Source: Iphione sp. A-MEVVRFRX5
Lineage: Eukaryota
Assembly (NCBI GenBank): GCA_976226885.1
Contig: OZ320319.1
Span: forward strand, 47,182,001 to 47,246,000
Reading direction: 5' to 3'
Length of the DNA stretch: 64,000 nucleotides
This document shows positions 50,701-64,000 of this stretch, piece by piece. The notes under the pieces are model-generated. The model had not been told where the DNA came from and made no database searches. It was given only the letters and a program-made list of their open reading frames with translations. The stretch's first letter is position 1. Each line of letters opens with the position of its first letter. The position numbers were made by a program, and so were the translations under genes.

Positions 50701-53700
50701 GAAAGGCGTGCTTGGAAAAAATATTCGGTTCTGAATGTTTCATACTTAGACGCCTGGTTGTTATAAATAACCGTACGAAATAGTTTTTAAAACGACATCC
50801 CAGTGCCATAAAAATCTTATAACCGCAGTAGGTGCAGTTTGTGGATAGAGACTGCGATACCTTTCAGGTCCTAGACAGGATTGATTTTATTATGAATATA
50901 GGTGAGACTCCTTTGGCACGCGTCTTACCTGCAGATGTAGGGGCCAGCAGCGGCAGCAGGCTTGCAGCCACCTGTCAATAAGGAGGCTCGCCCGACCAGA
51001 TTCTCCAGCCGGTTGATTGGTCCTATTGTCCGCGTTTATTGAGGAGTGGTAAGAGTTCTCCATAAAGAAAACCAGGCCGACTGCTCCAGTTGAATTTGTC
51101 TCTCAACCGCCGGGTTTTCAGCGCATATCTGAGTTCTAAGAGGACGGAAAGGAGTTTGAAAGTATTCCACAAAGGTGCTTCACCGTCGTTCATGGTCGAT
51201 GTACACGCCCGACCTGGGAGTTGTGCTGAATTCTTTGGCAGATGTAGAGCGCATTTTGGACCGCTGATGCTATCAGTGGACTCCCACATGAATAGAGGAG
51301 GCCGATTTTAGATGAGGCGTTTCACTTGGACGTAACCCTCATGATAAAAAACATTTCCTACTCAGATGGAGAACTGTTCTTACTTTTTAAACCAACGCCT
51401 CTGCAGGGGTAGCCTAATAACAGGCAGGTTTGGCAGTCAGAGCAAATGGACATTCCATACGAGCAAGAAAGGAAGACTCGGCCATGGCATCGTCACGTGA
51501 CAGGATATCGTCAATAATTGTCGTCTGCGCCAGTGCCTGACGGACCTTTTGGTATCGCTAGTCATTCCCCATGACGAATTGACGAATTGCATTACCTGGG
51601 TAGCCAGAGTCGCGTCCCATATTTCCTGTCAGCCCCTGTTCCCAGGCTGCCTGTGCATTGGAGCAGTCCATCTGAGCAGTGTCCGTATCGTTCTTGTATC
51701 GACGTTGTAGGATAGATTGTACGAGAGCTTCGGGAACTTCGTTCTTGGGATAACTGGATAAGCACGAATTCTCACTGTTGTACACATACATAAATACAAT
51801 TCGTAGTCGCATCCAAGATGGCTCATTAGTAAATCAACGCCATTTTAAAAATGGTCGTGGCCGTGCAAAGTGAGCTTTTATCATATTACTCGTCGCATTA
51901 TTGCACGGTGCACGGTGTATTTAGTGTATGGTGTGCTCTGAGGTGACCATACCAACCATCTTTAACATCCCATCGCCAAGGTAATTCCATTTGGGAGAGC
52001 CCTCTGCTTGCCAAGGATTCACCGAGCACGGGCTGCCGGCCGTTTCATCAGGAGAGAAGCTTTGCTGATGCTCCCGCAATCTGCACCTTACAACCATTCA
52101 ATTGTCGGCGTTCCGGGAAGCGGTTTCTAGCCAATCTGGCGCCGAAATTGAAAGAAGCCAATTCTTACTCCCTCGGCCCACCGAGTCCCGAACTTCGGCA
52201 TCCTTGACTCACCCGTTGTACTATTGGCCGGCCGCAGCGTGCACGTGCTCCTTCCCTTTTCCGCCGCCCTGCGTGCCCGGGCGGGATACGGAGCCAAGGG
52301 AGGACTCCCCAGCCAGCCGCAGATCGGACTATTGATCTACCAAACCCAGCGAAGGACCTGACCCGTTCCGATCAAAACCACCAATATCGCACCAAGGCAA
52401 TTGGGGCCCCAGCGCCAAACGCACCGCGATTCTTGTCTATCCGCGCCCAAATCGAGCGCCAGCACACCGGCAGTTGCCCCCGCGTTCTTCAAGTGAGCTG
52501 CTACAAATGTATGTTCCAGTGTGAAGAATACAGACAGGGAAGATAAAGCGCGGGGGGGGGGGGGGGGCTATACTTAATACACACGGGATGCGCAGTTGGA
52601 TCTTGTCTTGTGTAATTTGCTCTTCAGTGTCGTCATCCGAGAAATCCTGGCGGGAGCATTATACGTGTATGTACAATGTTCTGATCTGTGTGCACATACA
52701 TGTAAGAGTCAGCATTCTGCGGTTGAGTCAATTTGTATGATGTAATAACTTGTGACATAAGGCGATATTACGAATCCATAGCTATCGCCAATATTAGACA
52801 ATACTACATCGCATTCATAATTAGTGCTAGCCAATTTAGAAGTATATTGGTGATTGTGCAGGTCTTCCATTCCGTCTTCAACGAGTAATATACTTAGTAA
52901 TAATCAAGATCGTACACCAATGATAACCGCGTCCTGTGGGCAACGCCAGCGGCAGAGACGGACATCCTCCCCTCTACCCCCTCAGCCCACTTAGGTGTGT
53001 CCTCACCTGGACTCGTTAGCGAGCATGATGGAACACCGGCGTCGGGCGGAGGGGGCGGCAAGACAGCGGCATTGTGCTGGGGCTAATCGGGTGTGAGGAG
53101 TCGCTATGGCCGCCCTCCGCGTCCTTCTCGTGCTGTTGGCGCTACACGCGCTCGTTTGTTGCGGCGTGCCCTCTTAATCCGCCCGATCGTCAGGCTTCGC
53201 CTTGCTCTTGGCAACAGCTCCTCCAGGCCACCCTCCAGTGCGCCAAATAAATCCATTTACTTTTTTTTCACCCATCGCAAATAGAATTCGACTGAGAGGG
53301 TACAATATACGACCACTTTTGTGGCAAGTTGAATGCGTGATTAAGCTTGATCACTTGAACAAGCGACGCAGTTGTTAATTTGTTTTATGGTTCTTTTTTC
53401 CATCTTCTGTTACATTAATGAAGTAATCAATAATACCGTAGCACGTTGCAGATGAAGACACAATTAAGGTTTTTTCCTGTAAAACTTTGGCAGGTACTTT
53501 CCGTGATTTTATGGTGCATTCGCTCATAATAAAGGCACATTCGAAACACACTCTGGTGGACGGCGGTATTTATAATCGAGAAGTAATACGTGTATTCCAC
53601 ATTGGCGCGCCTCTTGGTTTCCTTCGGGTCAAGTGTTACCACATTCTCAGCTGCTATTACCAGCGCGTGGCACAAGGTTTCTTACTAGGTCACGTTGAAA

Positions 53701-56700
53701 CCTCCTGCAGCAGCTCCGTGGCTTTCTTGGCCCGAGTTCAGGGCGTTCAGGCCTACTCCTTCGCTCACACACTTGTAGTTTAACTGATTCAATCGTAGCC
53801 TTATAACCACCGATATGTTTCACATCCACCAATGGCTACGCTTGTAAAACCCTCCGCGTCCTTCAGAGGATGTTATGACGGGTCTTCAGTTCGATCAAAC
53901 TGTACTGTCGCTTCTTCAGCACCAGACGGCCCATATCTGCAAGGTCTCGAGACAGAGTAGTCTCCACTTATAAGACATGTGTGTCGTGTCGAAAACCCTG
54001 GCAGCAACGGCATCTATGTAGTACCTGGTACACGCCACGTAAGCTACTCCTAACACTTAGTGGTCACCAGTCCTGAGTCAGGTTAATCGTCCTCCATTGT
54101 GGATCTCTCGAGCAAGAGACAGGAGTCCTACTCGTGAAGGCAGACGAACGAGCGTCAGCCTTTGTAGCGATGCACCGTGGGCTGATTTTTCCCTCGTCCT
54201 GCCTCAAACGCATTACAGTTAGTGCTGGGCACGTCTATAGACTTCCCCCCTCGATCCATATATATTCCCCAACATACGGACTCATCTCTAATCTAGGCTG
54301 CCTTTGCTCGCGTCTCCCCCAATCCTCTTCGGCTGATTGATTGTTTTTGTATGTCGTATACACACTCAGAACCACAGCGAGCTGTTACCTCGGGGGTCCA
54401 GGGCCCATTCTGTTGCACCCTGGCTTCTGTTCTTAGTATAACCTGCTCTACAACAGCACTTACCCATTACTGCTTGAGGTCCCTTGGCTCTAGTCCTGCT
54501 CGACAAAGGAGATTTATGCTTTGCTTTCACTCCAGACGATGGCACCGTTCTCTATATGAATGTTTGGTCATATCAGAGGGGCCTTGTCATTGGAGCTGTA
54601 ATGAATAGTCCGTATCGGCGACAGCGTATTCCATACGGGCGTGGATTATCGCCAGTCTTACAGCCAGGAAGGTTGGTTTGAATTTGAAGCCGCCTGCTGT
54701 TATTACCCTTCGTCTGAAATGAAACCCAGGCGCCTCTCATAGGAGAAGAGTGAGATGTTCCCGCCCTCTGCAAGACCAGAAACCCTCCTGCTCATGCAGT
54801 GCACTCAAATGCTTGGAATCCCTCCCTCCCTCCCTCCTACCCACTCTTGCACAGACACACATAAACACACCCACACATAGACGCACCCCCCCCGCCCCCA
54901 GGCCACTGGGTGCACCTTGGGCGGGCGAGCAGCTCTGTAACGAGACAACTGGCTGTCAATGCTCTTCGTGCAAGCAGCCAGCGGCGACATTCAATATTTA
55001 TGAACATATCGTAAATCTAACCAAGGTTAGTATTCACATGGATGATATTATTGGGTTGGGTGCAGTTGGGACTTTTACGTCTTGATTGGCAGTGTTATAA
55101 TATCAGGCTTGTTCGATCCAATGTGCGTGTTGACATACCTGTATTGTTGATCCAAGTATATATACCCTTATTTAACAGGAAGGTAACGTGTACATAAAAA
55201 TAACTACATTAGCATCTGATAACACATTGGAACCACACACAATAGTCCACAGCACTCCTGCCGTCTGGCATCTGCGATCAAAGACGGCCGCGAGGCGCAC
55301 CTATACAGGTAGACGGAGGTGTTGTCAAGTGCACATAGCTGCGCCTCGACCGAGTCAAGTTGGACCGGCCAAAAGGAACAGGTGATCTACAATGCTGCGA
55401 GACGTGCGACTCCATATGTGTAACCGCTGTCCTTTCCATTCGTGGCTTTAAGTGGCTGTGTCCATGTATTCTGTACTCATTGACTGTGTTGGCCGAAATA
55501 TTTGTGTGTCAATACTGCCAACTGATTGTAAAAGATGGTACGTTGAAGTACATATAGTTTCGAGCTGAAAAGGCCGAAGTGGATGCTCTTCACTGATATA
55601 GTTGTAAAGTGCCAATATGAAATGAGTCCGTTATTTCTTATCACATTGCCATCCTTCTGCCTTAGTTAACAGAGTCTTTTGTACCATGAAATAAGGTAAA
55701 ACCTCATTAATAATCACTGCAGCTTCAGTATAGGTGCATCTTAGTAGCGGTTGAGTATCGTTGCATTATGATGTAATTAATCGTCTTTGGGAGGTGCAAG
55801 TCGGACGTGTGCGTTTTGCCGCTGTGCTGTACCAGTCACTTGGCGTAGTCAGGAGCAGCTCATGCCAAACAGCACAGTTGCTCTGACTTCGAGCCTGTTC
55901 CGCTTGTAGATTATATCGTGGTTTGTCTGTAGGCAAGTATCCTAGATTCTTTTTCCTCTCGGTGACGATTCATTAGGATGAGGCACCCTTATGCCAGTAA
56001 GAAGGCTTCTTGAGGATTAAATTCGCACAAACTTTAGAGAATGCAACTGGTGTTATTTTACAGAGATTGCTACTGCTTAGCAGGCACCACCAAGCGTAGA
56101 GTCGTTCAAGTGAGGATAATTGTTTCTAAATTTAACAGTCGTCACCACCTGAGGTGCACTGAACTGGAGAACGAAGGTCGACTTCCTGGGTTGTAGTGAC
56201 TACTTTTTACTATACCCCAGCAAAGGCTTCTGTCAGTCATTCTGGTGTCCATCCATTACCATGATTTACTTATAAGTGTCAGTTTAGCCGGGCCATCCGT
56301 CATATTGCGCCCATCTCGCGTCTTGCCAAAGTGAAGAACCATGCCAATAAAGCCGAGTTGGTTACCAGCTATTTTTCTCCCTTTTCTTACCCCGTCTGTG
56401 CGGGGCTGATGTTTACCTCTTACGACGCAAACTTCTCACTGTGTCGCGTCTGCGTCTGCTCGTCCACTTCGCCTAGCATGGGGCACAGCGATTAAATAAT
56501 ATGCCAATTGTGCAGCTGTCAGCTGGACTTTCTCCCTACCTTATGTATCCCCCTTTGAGGAAGATGAATATCGACCGTTCGTTAACACAGGAGCTAATTC
56601 CCAGCCATTGTCATGCCAGCAATCTATCAGTCGGGGCTAGGACTTGTCATAATGCCAGGCTGCACGTTACCTAAACCACTGTTGTCGTGTTTCCACCTGG

Positions 56701-59700
56701 ATCCTTGCATGTTCATTCAGCCTGATAATTTTTTCCCCAATAAGTCCATAACGACATTACCCATTTAGAGAATTCATTAGTTTTTTTTCATCGGAAACAT
56801 TTACGTGTCAAATAAGCATGTGCATGTACTTTCTTTTCAAAACAGCCTGGATATAGTACCTTAGCAGATACAAATTTGCCTTTGCCTTCTGTGGGAATTT
56901 TTAAGAAGCTGTTGATATTAATTTAACCTTATATCACATCATGCCTACACAGATGTCCAGGCGGGTAACCTTTGCATATTCACACGTTTATTAAGTTATT
57001 AGCCGGGTCGGCGTTTGTGTCTAGACCGAAGTAGCCAAATCAGATGTGCGAGGTCGGCAGCAGGGAGGATATCAATAAGGTGCTGCCTAGTATCAGTGCC
57101 CATCAACGAGCGCGACGCCAATGGAACTTGCAGAGCAAATAATCACGCATAACGAAGAGCATTAGAATTTTTGGGCTTTGTTCCTGGACCTTTCAGACGT
57201 TTCTTTCGTCGAATTCGTTACTCTTGCCTCGCGTGTTCACCTAATAATTGCTTGCTTCTCTTGGTGATTGCTGATGGAGATTCTGTGGTCAGCAGCTTAA
57301 ATATTTGTACAGCGGTCCGCGTCCTCCAGTCGAGGTAGATGCACCACATTTCCTGAGTAAATACGGGAGTCACACCGCAGGAGTTGCACAGTATTGGAAG
57401 CACGGGTGCTATTTGTAGTTGCGAGTTATTGGTGGCAGCACGCTGAAGGTCAATGTCTCCTTTTAGACAATACTGAATCACCATTACTGGGTCAATTGGC
57501 AGTAGATATCCTCTATCTTGATCCTTTAACTGCGTGACTGTACTAGATTTATCCTGGCACTAATTGATGGAGATCGCGATCAGTATCGCTAAACGATGTA
57601 AAGCATTCGACACTGACACAGATATTTACTTTCGTTTTCCCCACACAGAAGGAAGCACGCATACTAAACAAACGAAGACCAGATGAAACCAGGTTATGAA
57701 CATCTGTGTGGTATTGTGTATTTATATGGCAATTAATAGCATGCGTCCAAATATGATTGTCCTCAAAATGGGATTGAAAACCAGCAAGACCCTCTTGGAA
57801 ACGGTCCTTACGGCTGATATCAAAATAGATCGATTGACATAATACCATTTCCAACATAACTGTGCAAGTAGATTCCACTTCCTTTTTTTGCTTGATTAAA
57901 CGGTCTATTTAAAGAAAGTAAGACATTCCTCCATCTAATTGGTGAAAAGCCCAGATAATTTGATGTCACGAATTCAAGATGCGGGCGTTTTTCGTGTCCC
58001 TGCCCGTTGAGGATGACCTTGGAGTCTGACTCCTGGTGCTGCCTAAAGATGACCTCCACCTTCCGTACAAAGTGAGCCCGGTTGCGGCCGACAGTAACAC
58101 CGACTGCCATGCGATGTTATTGATGCAGCGCTGAGGCAGCGATAAGAAGCAGCCGACTTAATTATCACTTAATATGAAATACTTCGGAGAAACACAGAAT
58201 ATAGAGTTTCTAATCCATGGTGATGAAGCATAGCGACTACAAAACAGTCTTGAAAGGACCTTTGGGAAAAGGTGGAAATCAGCCAAAGAAAAGGCAGCGT
58301 GGTTGCCACATAAATTAGGCTTTTGTCCCTTATATACTAAAGGAAGACAAAGGTCAAAGTTATGAGACTTCCCTGTCGATAGGCAGAGAGGGTAGTCACA
58401 TATCCCATGATGGTAAGTTCACAGAAACAAACCGTCCCGCGACTAAAATATCGCAGTATGAAATATTAAAATGCCACGAGGCTGCTGCCAGACTGGGTTA
58501 CATCTGAGCCAAAAGGTTCAAGACTCCCCTGAGTGGCTCGGAAGGGATTTACTCAGCTTGATATGTGAAGTGGTCTTTGGTCAGTCTTCTCCCATGACTA
58601 TAGCCGCTATATCACCATGACACCAACCCACTGATCCAATTTTGGGACGGTGACCAATAATTGGCCGATAAATAAAACCGCCGGAGACAACGTCGGCGAC
58701 CGCGCCCCGCGTTCCCTATGGTCATAAAATGCTTGGGAAACAATCTGTGCAGTCAGCATGAATATAAATCCCAATCGGACAGGTAGGTGTAACTTACCCA
58801 TAGGAAGACATTTTAGACTGTATCCGTGCACATTTAGTATGTTTTATTAGAGGCATTAATAATTGCACACAGTAGACTATCTGCCCATGTGATGTGAATA
58901 TCACAATCGTCATTATATACAACTACATTAAGACATCAGAAATAGACTGTATACTTTTAGAACTCGCCAGGGCTACAATATGCAATTGGCTTCTATGGCA
59001 TTAGTTAACCGCCTGCCCTGTCTTCACGATTGCCGCCCCGTCTCGCCAATTGTTTATGTTGCTGCGTTTTCCACCGGCGTGCTCCTTGGCGATGAAAATT
59101 TCAAACAGGATTACGGCTGAAGACAACCAGCCTTGACGTCACACGGCCAATATAACCTTGTTATCTCTCTTCGGAGGGGGCTGGCTATGGGCCAAGCGGT
59201 CATAAGTGTCGTTCAAGATATGCGGTCTGCTTGCTCTGCTGCCCTCCAAGGAAATGTATGGCTGGAGTGACCCGATCATGGGGCGGCGAGAGCCGGGCAA
59301 GCTCCACTAAAGGAGTGGAAGTATTCACCTATGCTGTAATGTAGGAAATTCTTACCTAGCTTGCACATTAAAAGAGCGGCAATCGACTGTCTGGAGGGCT
59401 GTGTAGAATGTCTCCTACAGCCGGCAGGGCTCACGTCAGCCAGATTGATACCAAAGAAGAACGAAAAAGCGGGGGGTTGGGATGAGTTAGGTAAGAGTGG
59501 GGTGGATGAGTGATGAGCATGAAGTGCAGACGAGAGGGAAAATGTGTTTATTGTATTAATGAGAGCGTCCTGTTAACTCGCAATACAAACGAATACACGG
59601 GAGAAATAATAGTGGACGTGTATATTCCGGAGGGTCACTGTTATGTACACTTCAAAGTAGTATGGCCCATCTATTTCCCATCTCCATTGTGTATCAGACA

Positions 59701-62107
59701 ATGGTGCCTTTGACTTGTTTGGGTGCGGCAGAGAATCCACTGTTACCGCTGTTTCTGTGTAGCCTCCAGATAGCAAAGCCCTGTCGTACATAGATAACGA
59801 TTATCACAAGAGGCGGAATGGAAAACAAATGGTAGACGATGAGCACTTGGACTGGAGCAGCTCGGGTGTTGACACAGTGGCGACCGGGACAACACAGGAG
59901 ATGGAAGCAGTGGGTGAGCTTTGATGGTGGTACCTCTAGAGATGGCGTGCTTGTGCGGCTACACCAAGTTGTGGTGAAGGGAATGGGTGTAGGCTTGACC
60001 GCTGGGGCCGTCAAGAGGGCAGCCTCTACAAGGCATTATTCATAAGCGAGCAGGCGCCATCGGATCAACTCAAGGGGCGGCTACAGACATGTACAATTGG
60101 GCAGCTCTTTTCCAGTGATGTGCCAGACTCCAGAGGTTTCTTCTGTACGGTTCCAGCCGGCGTGTTTCTTATGGCCACACGGGCGCCATGATAGTCCGGC
60201 GAACATGAGCTCCGTCACTTCATGCCTGCGTCTTAGTATCATTGTTTCTACTGATGTGTCATTGAAAAGAACTGAAATCGCAGTACAGTTGTACTGGATT
60301 TTCGCTTTCTTTCAAAGCACACAAACCTATCTACTGACAGTTTAGGTTAGATGGTTTATGCATATTTTCAGGTTGGTCTCGTCTCGCTTTATGCCAAAGT
60401 ACACAAATCGCACATTATTCCTTTGCCGAGTATTTACATTATTTGTCTTAAAAAAGAAAATCACTCAGGAATACGACCTAAATAGTTATGAGCAACCAAA
60501 AACATTCATTCTCCTAATAGGAAAAGTCTAGGGAGGAGCTTGAATGGCGGCTGCCTGTGTTGTTTCCCCTGAGTGGTATGCACTGAATTTGTGTGCCATT
60601 TCCCTTATAAAATGCTGCCCATCGATACTGGTAGTCATTCGTCAGAGTAGCCCCGACAGGCGCGGCCGATCCACCGATGTGGAGAATCCGCTTAGATGAA
60701 CAGGAGCACTTTGAAATATGGCCTTGTTCTTGCACCGATGTTCAAACATTGTTTGCCTTTTTGGGGTGAACCTTGGTTGTCATGACTTTGTTGTTTTTTT
60801 CATTAAGGAGCACCGGTTAAAAATGATTATCTGCAACCCAAGCAATTTCATTAGATTAGAGCCGTGATTAAGTGGAAGTCTAATTTTTTTCCCCTTTTGT
60901 GAAGGTTAAAAATCGAAGGCCCGCTTGGGATATTGTTCTCGGCCAGCACACGTGTTGTCTTCAAATGCTAATGTTTTATTTAGCCCATGCCATTTGATAA
61001 ATCTCTCTTGTATTGCTGATTGCATGTTAGACACCATTTCCATTTTATATGAAGCCCTAGATGAAGTGCCTTGTTTCTAGCGCATATACTTTGTTGGATA
61101 CTTTCAAATCTCGCCAGTTTGATCACGTGGCTGGCGCCCTTGTACACTTACCGAGACACAGCCTCGGCAAATATGAAGGGAGAGATGAATTGGTATTTCA
61201 GCTTCGGGTCCACCCCCTTGGCTGGGCTGCTCAGTAGCAGAGATAGAATGCAAATTGGTGGAATGGCTCCTTCTAAAACAATTTACTCCACATTTGCTCT
61301 CACCCTGAATATTAATGAAGACAGGAAGGCTGACCTTTGTAAAATGGACGCCTCTGCGAGAAGATAGCCCGCGTCGGAGTGGCACGTTTCCCCACATAAA
61401 AATATGAGGAAGGCAGGAGAATTTATGCCTTTATTTGTGGATTCGATGGTGAAAGTGGTAATAGTTTCTTGTACGCAGCCATTTGAATTTACTGAAATGT
61501 GCGAGCAGTGTTAAGATTCACTCCACCATGTGCATGGCTAGCCAAGCCGTCAGCTGAGACCGAGAGCGCCCACAACGGAAGAAAGGGACGTGAGAGGCAC
61601 ACGAGCCGTGGCCCTCAGATGAAAGGCCTCCAGGAGGCGAACCTTTGCCGCTTTAGTTTGGTGGAATGGTTTGTAGAGGGAGGGGGGGGGGTGGGGATCT
61701 TGTGGTAAATGGCGTGGGAATCCGGCCTCACGCCCGTAGGTTTAAGGTCACGGTTTGGGCGGAGAGCGCGGTGGTCGACGCACTACTTTGTTTCCAAAAC
61801 GGCCCCGCTCGTGACAATTTGTATGGATGTCACCTGGCCCCTGTCTGGACCCCTTGACCATCACCACCAAGGCGTTGATAGCGGTGCTGCTCTGTTTTGC
61901 ACTGCATCAGCAAGCCGTAAGTAAACGGGGAGGTCGGCCTGACCACGCATACAAACACACACGCACGCACATGCCGAATACATCCACAGCTCGAGTCAGA
62001 ATGATCTGAACCCTTTCACCAGACGATGGGTGTTGAATAAGAGCATTGGCTCGGCTTCCAGAAAATACGCTTCACATGAACACCTCAGGGAAATGAAACA
62101 TTTACAT

Positions 62108-62340
62108 GTATCCTCCTTTTACTGCATTTCATAAACTTCAGAGAAATTTGACCGCTCGTTTGTATCCACCTTTTTCTACATTTCATAAGTCCCCAAGGAG
62201 TTTGACCATTCCTTGGTATCCACTTTTTACTGCTTTCCGTAAACCTCCGAGGAATTTCACCATTCATTTATATCCTGCTTTTACTGCATTTCATAAACAC
62301 CCGAGGAATTCCACCATTCATTTGTATCCTCGTTTTTTTC
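62108..62340 (+). repeat. 54-bp tandem repeat, about 4.3 copies
   Basis: [GA]TATCC recurs at 62108, 62162, 62216, 62270 and 62324. Confidence 0.9.
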
Positions 62341-64000
62341 CCAGTGTGTATTTCCGTGTCTGAAAGGTTTTACAGTATTCTTCTCAATGGCAATAATGTT
62401 CTTGATGCAACATAAAAAAATCGCATAAACATAAAAAAAGTCGCATATACCTATGCCGTTTCATACGTAAAAGGCGCTAAATACAAATATCCCTCGAATC
62501 CATTAAGTAGGGCCACGTTTCAAGCACGTTTGAACACAGTGACTGCCAGTGGCATGATGGACACCAATGGGCGACATGGATGGAGTGTTCTCCTGTACAT
62601 TCACATACCGCCTCGGTTGTGGGGAATGTTTAGTCCCTAAGCAGTGGCGTGGCGAGGGGATACAGCATTCTTAATGAACAGTGCACTCGAAATCGAAGGC
62701 AGGGATCTGTCCTAAGGACGGTAGTCGTCCGAGAGTGCAGTGAGTATACTCTTTGGAATACGATATATGTTGAGGCAAGTGGCGGAGGCCTGATGCACGT
62801 GGTAGACTGCTGACTGCGGTGTAATGGCATATGCTACTTTAATATGTAGTTTTTATCCCAATCCGGATGTGTTGTTGTATCGGAGAATGTAATCCCAAGT
62901 GTACATGAAATCGGTACATTGTGAGAGAGTACCGAGTGAATTTACGACATGAATGTCCCATCTGGTCACGCACACTGTGCATAAGCATAACCGTATATAC
63001 ATGTATATACATGTATGTACACCTTATAGGTTATAGTCAGTATAAGTGCAAGAGGTGATGTGAACCATCAATTTCCCTGTAGGAAACTTAAGATTTTTTT
63101 TCACAATTCACGGTCGCATCACCAGCACAGGGTGGCTTTGCCTCGTACAGACGAAACTTAAGAATTTACAACGGCGCGTCTGCCATAAACAGTAGACTGA
63201 AGTATGAGCCTATTAAAAACATCACCTTATTGTTACTCCGATGGAGAATTGGACACGATTTCCCACCGTATCTTTAAACTTAGACAGTACAAGAAAAAGG
63301 AGAATTATGCGCATTCCCACTGGAAATCTCCATGAAGAATGTAAAATACCCAATCTGAGACCACTGAATGGAAGGCTGAGACCCTGATTTGAAAGGAATT
63401 GTAAGCAGCCCTGTGTTTACGAAATAGTGCTGCTTTACCTTCTCATTGTAGGTCAGAGAAAAAGTCAGCCTGAGTATTCAGCATTGGGCAAAGGATAGTG
63501 CGTGTGCCAAAAACAAGGTATGGCTCTTTAATCAATAGTCAGCCATCAAACGATTTATAGGCGCAGTCGAGTCCCTAAAACAGGGAGGCGGTCTTCCAGC
63601 TCGTAGCCAAGGATGTAAAGCGATATTTGCCCAAATATTTGGAACGCCTACCAAGAAATATGAATGGTTGACAGAGACTGTTGCCTGTTCGGTTGGCCTT
63701 AATACGACAGAGGGTTGCTCAGCACTTTATAGCCTCAAAGCTATCGAGTGTTGAAAACGGCTTTGCTTCCTTGGACATAGGGTAACTTTGCAATTCGAAT
63801 ACTGGCCTAGACATTTTATTATCGAAAAAACTTGATTATTCATTTTTCTTTCAGGTGATGCAAGAGTAAGTCTCGCTTCCCTCTAAAAATATCTACCTTA
63901 GAGCCTGAAATTGTTCCATTTCTATATGTATGTATAAGAGTAGCAGATGACCAAGTCGGTTTCCACCCAATTTGGAACTGCATCTGTCAGTTCTGATTTG

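Noticed and set aside
50119-52605. Short matches to 18S rRNA (GGGATGCGTGCATTTA near 50120, ATGGCTCATTA, GATCAAAACCA, AGTTGGATCTTG)
   Set aside because: Not collinear with 18S; 11-12-mers are expected by chance at this scale and one 16-mer is insufficient for an rRNA pseudogene.
59660-59720. VSDNG, resembling a retroviral integrase core
   Set aside because: No flanking integrase motifs at proper spacing.

Overview
Eukaryotic (invertebrate animal; by composition and repeat content probably a marine deuterostome, which is inference) genomic window with spliced genes and many decayed transposons. (1) A complete 8-coding-exon NMNAT gene on the minus strand (45157 to 8448; 804 nt, 267 aa), assembled by hand with GT-AG splice sites and consistent phases. 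(2) Nested antisense inside its 24-kb second intron, a compact two-exon TNIP2/ABIN-2-like gene (25315-27086, 362 aa) with EABR-like, UBAN and C-terminal C2HC zinc-finger regions. It has its own CRE + kappaB + AP-1-like + TATA + Inr promoter. (3) The first two coding exons of NOP14 (46860-47776, plus strand), head-to-head with NMNAT; the rest of NOP14 is not visible in the window. Introns carry a near-canonical minimal hammerhead ribozyme of Penelope type, a Penelope GIY-YIG remnant with adjacent degenerate hammerhead motifs, MULE, pogo/Tigger, Gypsy, tyrosine-recombinase and CR1-like remnants, two MITEs (one with perfect TIRs), several tandem arrays and two assembly gaps. Most entries of the ORF track are non-coding artefacts. 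All family assignments are from remembered motifs; no database search was run.
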